From positions 4,032,001 to 4,096,000 of the forward strand of contig OZ245365.1 in NCBI GenBank assembly GCA_965226495.1: 64,000 nt of DNA, given 5' to 3'. This DNA is from Candidatus Marinacidobacterales bacterium (GTDB lineage Bacteria > Acidobacteriota > Vicinamibacteria > Marinacidobacterales > DATDRI01). Position 1 is the stretch's first letter. Every line of letters starts with the position of its first letter. Position numbers and translations under genes: made by a program. The notes beneath the pieces are model-generated. The model had not been told where the DNA came from and did not search any database. It saw nothing but the letters and a program-made list of their open reading frames with translations. Shown piece after piece: positions 30,111-40,330 of this stretch.

Positions 30111-31557
30111 TGTTCTAGTTCAGTTGAAACGTGACACCAACCGGCTCCAAGATAAGGAGCCCAGAGGAGTCACAGATGAGCCATCAAACCCGCCGAAAGT
30201 TCAGCGCCGAGGAAAAGGCCGCGTTGGTGCGCCAGCACCTTGTGGACAAGAAGCCCGTGTCGGACGTGTGCGACGAGCACGGCATCCAGCCGAGCGTGTT
30301 CTACAACTGGCAGCGTCAGCTGATGGAGAATATGGCCGCCTCTCTCGACGGGGGCGCACGGCATCGCAAGAGCAACGGGCAGGAGGAAAGGCTCGCGCGC
30401 GAGATCGAATCGTTGAGGGCAAAGCTCGCGAAGAAGGACAACGTGATCGCGGAGGTGTCGGAAGAGTTTGTACGCCTAAAAAAAGAACTTGGGGAGCCCT
30501 GACGGGTCGCTGGGTCCCCCCCGATACCCGAGACGAGGTCGTGGACTTCGTGACGAAGTGGTCGGCTACAACCGAGCTGCCGGCGACGCGGTTCGCAGCG
30601 TGGTTGGGTGTCGCCCGTGGAAAATACTACGCGTGGAAAGACCACTACGGCCGCGCCCACGAGCATAACGGCAAGATTCCGCGAGATCACTGGATCGAAG
30701 CGCGGGAGCGAGAGGCGATCCTCGACTACTTCGATGCCCATCCCCTCGACGGCTATCGTCGCCTAAGCTTCATGATGCTCGACGAGGATGTCGTCGCCGT
30801 GAGCCCGTCGACGGCGTTCCGGACGCTGCGGGACGCGGGCCGTCTCGATCGCTTCAATGGTCGGCCATCGAAGAAGGGTAGCGGATTCGTGCAGCCTGAC
30901 GGGGCTCACAAGCACTGGCATATCGACATCTCGTACCTCAACCTCGCCGGGACCTTCTACTATCTGTGCTCGATTCTCGACGGCTACAGCCGTTTCATTG
31001 TCCATTGGGAAATCCGCGAGTCGATGAAGGAGTCCGAAGTCGAGACCATCCTGCAGCGAGCACGCGAGAAGTTTCCCGATGCTCGCCCTCGCATCATCAG
31101 CGACAACGGACCGCAGTTCATCGCTCGCGACTTCAAGGCGTTCATTCGACTCTCAGGCATGACCCACGTTCGAACCGCACCCTACTACCCGCAGTCCAAC
31201 GGCAAGATCGAGGCGTGGCACAAGACGCTCAAAACCACGACCATCCGGCCCAATGCTCCAGCGTCCGTCGACGACGCCCGTCGCCTCGTCGCGTCCTTCG
31301 TCACCTACTACAACGACAAGCGTCTTCACAGCGCCACAGGCTACATCGCACCCGCCGACAAGCTCGCTGGCCGAGAACACATCATCTGGACCCAACGCGA
31401 TGCTAAGCTCGAGGCGGCTCGCGAGCTTCGACGTCAACGCCGCGCTCAACTCCGGGAGATACCAGCGTGATCGTCCGTTTCAACAGCCTCAGTCCAACAC
31501 GTGTTCGACTGCGTTATCCTGCTAACCGCAATGTCGCGTTCCCGCTGAACCAATACA
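30111..31557 (+). mobile_element. IS3-family insertion sequence, 1447 bp, 4-bp target duplication GTTC
   Basis: TG..CA ends; IRL TGTTCTAGTTCAGTTGAAACGTGACA vs reverse-complemented IRR TGTATTGGTTCAGCGGGAACGCGACA; GTTC at 30107-30110 and 31558-31561. Confidence 0.94.
30176..31470 (+). CDS. IS3 transposase OrfAB (-1 programmed frameshift)
   Basis: OrfA 30176-30502 (RRKFSAEEK HTH); A7G slippery site 30478-30485; OrfB DDE motifs WHIDISY, ISDNGPQF, PQSNGKIE. Confidence 0.93.
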
Positions 31558-31561
31558 GTTC

Positions 31562-32689
31562 CGCTCCGCCTCCACTATGGGTACAATCTACTGTGGGCGG
31601 GACGCTACCCTGAAGCAATTAGCCAATTCCAAACCTACGCTCAACTAAGGCCAAGAGAACCGAACCCCTACGATAGCCTTGGCGAGGCCTATCTCCATTC
31701 CGGAGAGCCGGAACGGGCGCTCGAGACATTTGGAAAGATCGTCGATCCCTCGTACCCCCTACCATCACAAGGGCCGCGCGGACGCGTATGCCATTCTAGG
31801 ACGCTATGACGAAGCGCTGGCCGAGTTGGCTAGCTACGAGAATCTCATCTCTGACGAGGAGGCCCAATGGCGAAGTCCGCACCTTATTCATTTCACCAAG
31901 GCCTTCCTCCTTTCCCGACTGGGACGCTACCGAGAAGCCGAGACGGTTCTGCAGAAAGGTATCGAGCGAGCAAGGGAGCTCGAACAACTTGAAACCGAGG
32001 CGGGCTCGCACTTGCTCGCCGCCTGGTTGGCGCTGGAACAGGAGAATTATCCACAAGCCCGCGAGCATGTCAGCCGATCGGAGAGGCTCTTCCCTCGAAT
32101 ATCGGACGAAGTCGGGCCATTCAACATGCCCAACCAGAGAACGGGTTTCACCGTCCTCGGGCATCTTCTCGGAGGCATCGCGGAGGCGCGGTCGGAGAAT
32201 CTAGAAGGCGCCCATGCCCACCTCGATGCCCAGACAAACCTGTACGACGCCTCGGACGTCATCGAGAAATGGCACCACCACGCGCTCAAAGGAGAGATCG
32301 CTCTGATCGAAGGAGACGAAACCGGGGCTGAGCTAGCCTTTTCCACTGGAGAGCCAGAGCTCAAGATGTGGTTCAATCAGTACTTCCCGGGGCCAAGTGT
32401 TCTCGCCAACAGTACCCCGTCCCGCGATGGACTAGCGCGCGCCAAGAAGGCACAGGGGGATCTGCGCGGAGCGATCAAAATCTACCGCGACCTGAACACG
32501 CCTGGAATGAGCTCCAAATGGACCGCATGGTTCGAGCCCCGCTATGTTCTCGAGACCGCCCGACTCCTCGACGAGATCGGCGACAAGGACTCCGCCCGGG
32601 CGGAGTACGAGCGTTTTCTGGAGTACTGGAAAGACGCCGATCCGGATCTGCCCGAGCTGCAAGAGGCCAAGAAGTACGTCGGAAGGTAG
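31562..32689 (+). pseudogene. 3' TPR part of the interrupted kinase, with an extra +1 shift in the C5 run at 31755-31759
   Basis: Removing the IS and one GTTC gives in-frame DDV-PLRLHYGYNLLWAGRYPEAI...PNPYDSLGEAY; ends ERFLEYWKDADPDLPELQEAK. Confidence 0.88.
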
Positions 32690-32714
32690 CCCAAAGCAGG
32701 TATAATCATTCTTC

Positions 32715-33386
32715 TTGAAGCGGATTCTTCCCACACTCCTGCTTTGCTCCTTTGTCACCGCTTGTGCCGGCCGCGGGCCATCCCCAACCACTCCCCACGG
32801 CACTCCGGCACCTGTACCCACTCCCGGGATGACCCTAGAGGGCCTGGCGTCTTGGTACGGCGTAGAAGAAGAAGGCCGTCCGACAGCAAGCGGAGAGCCC
32901 ATGGATCCGGAGCGGTTCACGGCGGCTCATCTGACCTTTCCTTTCGGCACCGTTTTGCGCGTCACTGATCCTGAGAACGGCCGTAGCGTGGTGGTGGTGG
33001 TCAACGATCGAGGTCCTTATATAGACGGCCGGATCTTAGACCTCTCGTATGGTGCCGCGAAGGCGATCGACATGGTCCGAAAAGGTGTCGCCCCGGTTCA
33101 CATCGAGGTCATCCAAGTAGATCAAAGTCGCCTCGCCACCAGGTGGAGAGTCCAGCTTGGCTCGTTCCGAGAGGAGTCGGCGGCCAAAGAGCTCGCGGAC
33201 GAGATCGAGCGGGAAGGTCATCGTCTCGTCGAGATCGCGAGGTTCCGCAAAAGCGATCGGCTCTACTACCGGGTGTGGGTTGGTGAGTTCGTCTACCGGG
33301 CAGATGCCGAAGACCTAGCCAGGGAGTTCCGTCGTGATGGGCGGGAAACCGTAGTCATGCAGACGCCTTTCGGCGACGATCGCTAA
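32715..33386 (+). CDS. rlpA: Septal ring lytic transglycosylase RlpA-family lipoprotein with SPOR domain
   Basis: Lipobox VTAC; GLASWYG, TASGE, TAAH, VNDRGP, RILDLS; VQLGSF. Confidence 0.9.
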   Translation: MKRILPTLLLCSFVTACAGRGPSPTTPHGTPAPVPTPGMTLEGLASWYGVEEEGRPTASGEPMDPERFTAAHLTFPFGTVLRVTDPENGRSVVVVVNDRGPYIDGRILDLSYGAAKAIDMVRKGVAPVHIEVIQVDQSRLATRWRVQLGSFREESAAKELADEIEREGHRLVEIARFRKSDRLYYRVWVGEFVYRADAEDLAREFRRDGRETVVMQTPFGDDR

Positions 33387-33446
33387 GCTGGTCTCTTCTT
33401 CCGTTACTCCCTCTGGGAGACGGCCGGGGTGAGGGCTAGTGTCCTC

Positions 33447-34211
33447 CTACTTCCAAGTCACTTCCATCGCAAAAAAGTGATCGAAGCTCTTTCGCTTGGT
33501 TCTGGCCTTGAATCGAAGCTCTTGATCGAAGCTCTTTCGCTTGGGGTGGTTCCGTTCGTCGGTCTCTGGACTGCGGATGTAGAAATCGATCTGCTGCGTC
33601 GCAGGGTTGACCGCACCGGCATCGGACGTCTTATCCGGCATCGGATAGCGCACTTCGAACGTCTTTCGCTCGCGAATGCCCTGGGTCACCATGAAGTGCA
33701 TCTCGTAGTCTTCATATAGGGGTGCACCGTCGAGAATCGCCTTGCCGTAACCCCAACCGGCGAGGTACCCGAACGTCTTCGGCCAGTTCGTGTCTCCGCA
33801 TCCGGAATCGCCATGCTCATAGAGATGGGCGGCAATACCACCGTCTTGGCACGGTGTGAACTCGTGAAACCGATCGATCGCTAGATCCAAACGACCCTCC
33901 GGCAATTGGAGTCGAGCGCGGAAGCGTCCGGTGTTCTCAATCTCGTTCACGTCGATCTCGACTGATCCCCCCACCGCCTGCACGCTCTTGCCGTCGTTTC
34001 CCATGTGATCCCAAGGCGCCGAGTCGTAGAGACCGCCCACCTGATAGATTTTTTTGCCTTCGATGTTGAATCTCCCGTTGTATAGATCGTGTGCCTGCGG
34101 GCGGTAGAGCTCAATCGTGTCCCCCGGCTCGTGCTGCGGAGTCGCCTGCGGGTCGCCCGAGAATTGACTGAACGCCACGAAAAGAAAGGCCGTTACCAAG
34201 CCTAGCTTCAT
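33447..34211 (-). CDS. Secreted hypothetical protein with an in-frame C-terminal duplication
   Basis: Signal peptide, GGAGG RBS; KRKSFD occurs twice near the C-terminus. Confidence 0.7.
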   Translation of the reverse strand: MKLGLVTAFLFVAFSQFSGDPQATPQHEPGDTIELYRPQAHDLYNGRFNIEGKKIYQVGGLYDSAPWDHMGNDGKSVQAVGGSVEIDVNEIENTGRFRARLQLPEGRLDLAIDRFHEFTPCQDGGIAAHLYEHGDSGCGDTNWPKTFGYLAGWGYGKAILDGAPLYEDYEMHFMVTQGIRERKTFEVRYPMPDKTSDAGAVNPATQQIDFYIRSPETDERNHPKRKSFDQELRFKARTKRKSFDHFFAMEVTWK

Positions 34212-34325
34212 ACGATAGAGCCTCCATGCTCCATTATCTCCGAAACGAGAGCCGCGAACCAGAAATCGAGAGAGTTGCCCGCATCGGAGGGGGGCTCTAT
34301 CTTAGGGCGACGAAGAGGAGACCGA

Positions 34326-36251
34326 ATGACAATCAACCCGTACGGAAGCTGGAAATCTCCTATCACTTCCGAGGGCATCGTAGCGGGAGTCGTCGGGATC
34401 GGCACCGCGATGTTCGACGGTAAAGATATTTACTGGTCGGAGACACGGCCCCAAGAAGGCGGCCGCAGCGTCATCGTCCGGCGAAGCCCCGACAGCACGG
34501 TGGCCGATGTCACTCCCACCCCTTTCAATGCCCGCTCACGGGTTCACGAGTACGGTGGCGGAGCATTCACCGCGCGCGAGGGAACCGTCTACTTTGCCAA
34601 CTTTACGGATCAGCGCGTGTACCGGACGACAGGAACGGAGCCGGAGCCGGTGACGCCGGAAGACTCGATGCGCTACGCGGATTTCGCCATCGCTCCCGAG
34701 CGGGAACGCCTCATTGCGGTGCGCGAAGACCGCAGCGACAAGGAACGGGAGCCGGTGAACAGTCTCGTTTGGCTGGACCCTGCGAACGTGGGCGCGGGAA
34801 CGATGGCGGTAGAAGGGAACGATTTCTATTCCTCGCCTCGTTTCAGGGCAGATGGAACCCGCCTCGCCTGGCTCACGTGGAATCACCCCAACATGCCGTG
34901 GGATGGAACCGAGCTTTGGGTCGCCAACGTGCGATCGGACGGGACGTTGGGGGATGCCGAGCTCGTCGCGGGTGGGCCCGAAGAATCCGTCTTTCAGCCG
35001 GAATGGTCTCCGGATGGCGTACTGCACTTCGTCTCCGACCGGACGGGTTGGTGGAATCTCTACCGAGCAAGAGACGGCCACACTGAAGCGCTATGTCATC
35101 GTGAATCCGAGTTTGGACTCCCTCAGTGGGTATTCGGCATGTCAACCTACGGTTTCGAGTCGGCTCGCAGCATCATCTGCAGCTACCACGACGCCGGACG
35201 GATTCATTTGGCACGGCTCGATACGGAGTCGGGCGATCTCGCCCCCGTCGAAACACCCTACACCGAGATCGAGAACCTATCCGTCGGGACGGGTCAGGCA
35301 CTCTACCAAGGGGGGGCGCCGGATCGGCAGTCGGAGCTCGTGAGACTCGATCTGAGTTCGGGTGATACCGAGGTCCTTCGCCGTTCGAGCACGCTCGAGA
35401 TCGAACGAGCTTTCCTCTCGTCGCCGGAGACCATCGAGTTTCCCACTGAGAACGGTGCCACGGCCTACGCGTTCTTCTACCCACCGAAAAACGATCGCTG
35501 CCGCGCCCCAGAGAAGGACAAACCGCCCCTACTCGTGCTCAGTCACGGCGGACCCACCGCCGCCACCGATACGGCATTGAATCCCGCCATCCAATACTGG
35601 ACCAGCCGCGGCATCGCTGTGCTCGACGTGAACTATGGCGGGAGTACGGGCTACGGTCGTGCCTACCGCGAACGACTAAAGGACCGCTGGGGCATCGTGG
35701 ACGTGGACGACTCGGTGAACGCGGCCAAGTATTTGATCGAGGCGGGGCGAGTAGACCCGAAGCGCCTGGCCATCCGCGGCGGGAGCGCTGGCGGTTATAC
35801 CACCCTGGCCACTCTAACATTTCGGGATCTGTTCAAAGCCGGCGCTTCGTATTACGGCATCGGCGACTTGGAGGTGCTAGCTCGAGACACTCACAAGTTC
35901 GAGTCTCGTTACTTGGATTCCTTGATCGGACCCTACCCGCAGAAGGCCGACGTCTACCGAAGCCGCTCGCCGATCAACTTCGTCGAGAGACTCTCCTGCT
36001 CCATCATTTTCTTTCAAGGACTCGACGACAAAGTCGTCCCGCCCAACCAAGCGGAGCTCATGTTCGAGGCGGTGCGCCAAACAGGCCACCCCACCGCCTA
36101 CCTGGCGTTCGAGGGAGAGGGGCACGGTTTCCGCAAGGCGGAGAACATCAAACGTGCGCTCGACGCGGAGCTTTATTTCTACAGCAGGGTGTTCGGTTTT
36201 TCGCCCGCCGATGATATCGAGCCGGTAAAGATAGAGAACCTTGCGGACTGA
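34326..36251 (+). CDS. S9 family peptidase (dipeptidyl aminopeptidase/acylaminoacyl peptidase)
   Basis: PYGSWKSPI, VHEYGGG, HGGPT, GGSAGG, DKVVPP, GEGHGFR. Confidence 0.95.
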   Translation: MTINPYGSWKSPITSEGIVAGVVGIGTAMFDGKDIYWSETRPQEGGRSVIVRRSPDSTVADVTPTPFNARSRVHEYGGGAFTAREGTVYFANFTDQRVYRTTGTEPEPVTPEDSMRYADFAIAPERERLIAVREDRSDKEREPVNSLVWLDPANVGAGTMAVEGNDFYSSPRFRADGTRLAWLTWNHPNMPWDGTELWVANVRSDGTLGDAELVAGGPEESVFQPEWSPDGVLHFVSDRTGWWNLYRARDGHTEALCHRESEFGLPQWVFGMSTYGFESARSIICSYHDAGRIHLARLDTESGDLAPVETPYTEIENLSVGTGQALYQGGAPDRQSELVRLDLSSGDTEVLRRSSTLEIERAFLSSPETIEFPTENGATAYAFFYPPKNDRCRAPEKDKPPLLVLSHGGPTAATDTALNPAIQYWTSRGIAVLDVNYGGSTGYGRAYRERLKDRWGIVDVDDSVNAAKYLIEAGRVDPKRLAIRGGSAGGYTTLATLTFRDLFKAGASYYGIGDLEVLARDTHKFESRYLDSLIGPYPQKADVYRSRSPINFVERLSCSIIFFQGLDDKVVPPNQAELMFEAVRQTGHPTAYLAFEGEGHGFRKAENIKRALDAELYFYSRVFGFSPADDIEPVKIENLAD

Positions 36252-36254
36252 GAA

Positions 36255-36330
36255 CACGTAACCGTCTGCCAAGAACTGCGTCGCTTTGCTAGGCAGCTCT
36301 TGGCAGTCCAGGTTAACGCGCTTGTCGAGT
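36255..36330 (-). other. Degenerate integron attC-like site
   Basis: Right after the stop of the MBL gene: CGCGTTAACC-TGGA-CTGCCAAGAGCTGC / GCAGTTCTTGGCAG-AC-GGTTACGTG hairpin with bulged bases; R boxes degraded. Confidence 0.55.
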
Positions 36331-36333
36331 GAC

Positions 36334-37779
36334 TTACTTGTCGCTTTGCTCGTCAAGAATCTTCTGATTCTTTTGTTTTTGCCTCCAGGCAGCACCCATG
36401 CTTTCATTCAGCTTCTCTGGCAAGTCTTCCATGGGAACCACGAGGTCACCTTCCACAGGCCACTCCTCGAGCAACTCAGGATGGTATCCCTCGGGATAGT
36501 ACTCGTCAGGATCAATTTGCTGGTCGCGTACAAACGGCTCTTGAATCTCGTTGCGACTGGTCGGCGGGTGAGGCACAACCAACTGGCCATTGGTGAAATC
36601 GAATTGCGGTGCACGGCTGTTGGGGAACTCGGGCAGGATACCTTCTCGAACCCAAATCATATCCTTGGTCATATTGACTACAATCCCGTCAGGCGCTCCA
36701 AAATGATACGGCCCCTTCCAGTGTTCGCGAACCTCTGCGACGGTTTCTTCATTGAGAAATGGATCGAAGTTCATATGGGTGGTCATAAACATTCTCGGCT
36801 GGATTTGATTAGCCAAGTAACCCGAGGCATATGCCGGGGTATGATGTGTATCTACGGTGTAGCGCGCTAGGAACGGGGGTACGCCTTGTACGCCCGAATT
36901 GATTTCCATAAGTTCCGGCTGTAGTTCTGTGACATAGAGGTCGCAGCCTTTTGCGTATTTAACATCGAGTTTGCTTGGACGGCCATCGCCGGTCCAGACA
37001 AAACACATGCCGTTCCAATCGAGGCGATAACCGGAAGCACCGTCCTTGGCGTGGGAGCGCTGCCAATGAATGACTTTGACGCCATTCTTCTCATAGACCA
37101 GACCACCATTGTCACGAAAATCGAATTCGTTAACTTGAATGTCATGGCCCTTGCCTACCGGAAACACACTAAAGGCATCTCGATGCCAACCCAGCATCAT
37201 CTTCATGCCTTCAACCATAGTTTTTGTACCGTATTCAGGTGTTCGCCCTGAAGGCCCGTGAATGGTCAAGGGTTCATGCCAGCCACCGGCCCAGGTGCCA
37301 AACATCCATAGATAGGGAAGCGAGCCAAAGTGGTCTACATGCAAGTGTGTGATGAACACTTGCTTTATTTGATTGAGAGCGACTCGCGCGGCAACGTAAT
37401 TGGCTACCGCACCTTCTCCCATATCAAATACGAAGTTGTCACCATTGCCCAGCTCAACGTAAATTGACGTATTCATCTGCCCGGGGCGAATGTTAGGTGC
37501 CGTGCCCATAAATGTTACGCGCATTTCATTGGGCTGAACTTCTTCGGTGCCCGGGAACCAGTTGGCTGCACTTTTCAGCCAGGGCATGGGCCTGATGCCT
37601 TCGAATAGCAAACCTTCTTTCCACCGTCCCATGGGGACGCCGCCGGTCAGCGCCTTTTTGATGGCCTCCTGGTCGGATGGTTCCTGCACCGGAGGCGCCT
37701 GGGCATGAATCGAATTAGAAACGGTACTCAGCAGCAGAACCGCCAGTACACTATGAAGTCGGGATATTTTCTTTCGCAA
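36334..37779 (-). CDS. Secreted MBL-fold metallo-hydrolase (RNase Z/AtsA-like, GntH-like); lower GC
   Basis: VTFMGT, FDMGEG, THLHVDH, HAKDG, WTGDGRP, THH, TTH. Confidence 0.85.
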   Translation of the reverse strand: MRKKISRLHSVLAVLLLSTVSNSIHAQAPPVQEPSDQEAIKKALTGGVPMGRWKEGLLFEGIRPMPWLKSAANWFPGTEEVQPNEMRVTFMGTAPNIRPGQMNTSIYVELGNGDNFVFDMGEGAVANYVAARVALNQIKQVFITHLHVDHFGSLPYLWMFGTWAGGWHEPLTIHGPSGRTPEYGTKTMVEGMKMMLGWHRDAFSVFPVGKGHDIQVNEFDFRDNGGLVYEKNGVKVIHWQRSHAKDGASGYRLDWNGMCFVWTGDGRPSKLDVKYAKGCDLYVTELQPELMEINSGVQGVPPFLARYTVDTHHTPAYASGYLANQIQPRMFMTTHMNFDPFLNEETVAEVREHWKGPYHFGAPDGIVVNMTKDMIWVREGILPEFPNSRAPQFDFTNGQLVVPHPPTSRNEIQEPFVRDQQIDPDEYYPEGYHPELLEEWPVEGDLVVPMEDLPEKLNESMGAAWRQKQKNQKILDEQSDK

Positions 37780-38013
37780 TGAGATTCTCCTTTTGAACGA
37801 AATGTTGTATTCGTACGAATCGAGGAATTGTTCGGGCGAAGCCGACGACAGATGATCTTTTCTCAGATCAAAAATCGCACAACAAGCGATGGCAGGCTGA
37901 AGACCGCGACTCTTCCTGCTTGCTGTTTATTCCGCGCGGTTCTACAAGTTCATCATCCCGGAGAGAAGTCACAACGCGATTGCGTCGCGCAACGGCTACT
38001 GCTCGGACCTAGT

Positions 38014-38514
38014 CTAGTTGCCCCTGCCGAGCTCTCTCTTGATGGCGCTGACGATCTCGCCGTTGTGTCCCACGATAAAGACTTCTTCGAGACCGTTCTC
38101 CTCATCGAAGGCTTTGAGTGCGCTGACGAGCGCGCGAGTCGTCGCCTCACCGGAAGGAAGGGCCGGAATCGCCACCGACCGCAACCCACTACCCGCCGCA
38201 AACCGAAGAGCGGCGAGGGTGGACAGCTTGACCACCTCGGGATCGAGGGAATCCGATCTCCCACCCATCGGGGCGTGGATCACGTACTTGCATCGGAGGC
38301 GTCCCCCGGTGGTGAGCATCGCATCTCCGACATGAACCGGACCGCGGGCGACCGCCTCCGACTCGACTTCTTGCCCAGCCCGTTCGACCAATCTTCGAGG
38401 CCTGCGAGCGCTGCCGCCCTTCTGTCCGATTCCCCGTGATGTAGCGTCGGCGGGGTTCACGACCGCGTCAACATCGACCTCGGCGATATCGCCCCGAACG
38501 GCAATGATCTTCAT
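38014..38514 (-). CDS. Macro domain (ADP-ribose binding) protein
   Basis: VRGDI..VDVDAVVNPA, TTGGRLRCKYVIHAP, SVAIPAL. Confidence 0.85.
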   Translation of the reverse strand: MKIIAVRGDIAEVDVDAVVNPADATSRGIGQKGGSARRPRRLVERAGQEVESEAVARGPVHVGDAMLTTGGRLRCKYVIHAPMGGRSDSLDPEVVKLSTLAALRFAAGSGLRSVAIPALPSGEATTRALVSALKAFDEENGLEEVFIVGHNGEIVSAIKRELGRGN

Positions 38515-38667
38515 ACCTGTCTCCCCGGAACCCCTCAGTTAACCGGTGACACTAAAACACTTATGAGAAGCGAGCCCCGCTTCCCCCGAAGCCGCGCCAA
38601 CCTTGTTGGGGTGGAAACCGAACAATGTAACTACCCGAAGTAAATGTCAAGCCCGAATCCTCCCCGG

Positions 38668-39558
38668 TCAAGGAAGCAAAGGCAACAACACGGTCAGGGC
38701 GTTGGGGTGGATCTCCAATTGAACCGGTACTTTCCCGGCGGCCTCGCCATCCAGTTGGTAGAGCTGGCCGTCGGTAGCCACTACCTCCAGGCGCTCCGCG
38801 TGGAAATGCACGACGTCCTTAAACTTCACATGAAAGCCACCCGCCACCCCGAGGAGGTAGCGAAGGTAGTCGAGCCCACTGCGCCCCTGAAAAACGACGA
38901 CGTCCAGCATCGGCTCCTCCAGACGGGCCCCGGGCGTGATGACGTAGCCGCTTCCGTAGCACCGAACGTTCCCGGCCACGACTCCCGTTCCCACAATCTC
39001 TTTTCCATCCACGAGAACCTTCAGAGGCGCGAACGCATAGCTAGCGAGCAATCGGAATCCCAGCAGCCAGAAGGCGAATGTGCCCAACCGCTTCTTGAGG
39101 CCCGCATTGACATCAAGTCGATGGACTACTTCAGCGTCGATTCCGATTCCGGCCATCAATAGGAACGGTCGACCTCCCGCCATTCCGACCGGGATGACCC
39201 TCGGCTCACCTTCGACCAGTACGCGGCAGGCCTTCTCCAAGTTGAAGGGAATGCCGGTCTCTCTGGCAAAAACATTCACCGTTCCACCCGGAAGAATGCC
39301 CAACGGCGTTTCCGATCCGAGCATCGCCCGGGCGACCTCGTTGACCGTGCCGTCGCCACCCCAGGCGATGACCAACGGAACTTTCCGCTGGAGTGCGTCG
39401 CGGGCAAGCTCGGTGGCGTGCTCCGGCTCACGTGTGGGCGCAGGGTCGGCTTCGATTCCGAGCGCTTTCAACCGCGCTAGAAGATCGGGAAGCGTCCTCT
39501 GTTTCGGCCTTCCCCGCCCGGACGCGGGGTTGTAGATGAGAATCGCCTTGGTCGTCAA
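38668..39558 (-). CDS. Diacylglycerol kinase family lipid kinase
   Basis: NPASG, GGDGTVNEV, PGGTVNVFA, AGIGIDA, QLDGE. Confidence 0.92.
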   Translation of the reverse strand: MTTKAILIYNPASGRGRPKQRTLPDLLARLKALGIEADPAPTREPEHATELARDALQRKVPLVIAWGGDGTVNEVARAMLGSETPLGILPGGTVNVFARETGIPFNLEKACRVLVEGEPRVIPVGMAGGRPFLLMAGIGIDAEVVHRLDVNAGLKKRLGTFAFWLLGFRLLASYAFAPLKVLVDGKEIVGTGVVAGNVRCYGSGYVITPGARLEEPMLDVVVFQGRSGLDYLRYLLGVAGGFHVKFKDVVHFHAERLEVVATDGQLYQLDGEAAGKVPVQLEIHPNALTVLLPLLP

Positions 39559-39564
39559 GATGAC

Positions 39565-40164
39565 CTATGCCGGCGCGACCGCCACTTCGAACTCGTCGTG
39601 AAAGACTCCGTAGTCCGCGACCTCGGCGTCGAGAGAAATGGTCCAGCGAATCCGCCCCTGAGAATCCTTGAATGTTGTCGGCGCGCCTGGAGGCACGGGA
39701 AGCTCGATTTTGAAATGCTGGCCCGCGCCCGATGAGACGGACAACCCCTCGGAGATGACGTTGATCTCCTCGTGCAAAGATGTTTCTACCCGGCCGCGCG
39801 GGGTGACTTTTTGATCGATGCAGCGAAGCTTTGCCGCAACGCGCGTTAGGCTCAAGGATCGCCGCGCTCGGAGCACGATCTCGAGACGAAACGCTTCACC
39901 GGGACGGGCACGATCGTCTTCCAATCCTAGGTCGAACTGTTCGAACGGTTGGCGGTCCCAGCGATATAGGGCCCCCAGACCAGCTCGAAGCAGATTGAGC
40001 AGGATCAATGCCCATCCGACTCCTAGCAACCAGCTATCGACACGCCCTTGATAGAAACGCGCCAGATAGAGATAGACGAGTGAAAGTAGCACCGCAAGCA
40101 ATACCGACATCAGCAGCCGTCGTTTTCCTTGTGCAATGAGCGAGGTCCTGATCATATTCGCCAA
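39565..40164 (-). CDS. Membrane-anchored hypothetical protein with Ig/arrestin-like C-terminal domain
   Basis: Two N-terminal TM segments; LPVPPGAPTTF...IRWTI. Confidence 0.6.
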   Translation of the reverse strand: MANMIRTSLIAQGKRRLLMSVLLAVLLSLVYLYLARFYQGRVDSWLLGVGWALILLNLLRAGLGALYRWDRQPFEQFDLGLEDDRARPGEAFRLEIVLRARRSLSLTRVAAKLRCIDQKVTPRGRVETSLHEEINVISEGLSVSSGAGQHFKIELPVPPGAPTTFKDSQGRIRWTISLDAEVADYGVFHDEFEVAVAPA

Positions 40165-40330
40165 TCACTATATTCTAAATCCCACCTCCACCCCACCTTA
40201 GGCCTCGCTACAGACTACAATGCATCCAATGGTCTCTTCTTCCTCTAATCCCTCTCCCTCTGGGATGAGCAGCCGTCATAATACGCCGTGCCAACGAACA
40301 AGGCAGTCAGACGGCGGGTGAGGGTCTGCG

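Noticed and set aside
30124-31470. Single 448-aa transposase starting at 30124
   Set aside because: The TTG start lies inside the left IR; OrfA at 30176 with an A7G frameshift fits IS3 biology.
33478-33544. Mini-CRISPR array
   Set aside because: Only two repeats, inside a CDS, spacer derived from the repeat, and no cas genes.
36334-37779. Guanitoxin biosynthesis cluster
   Set aside because: Only a GntH-like MBL fold is present; no other gnt-like genes are adjacent.
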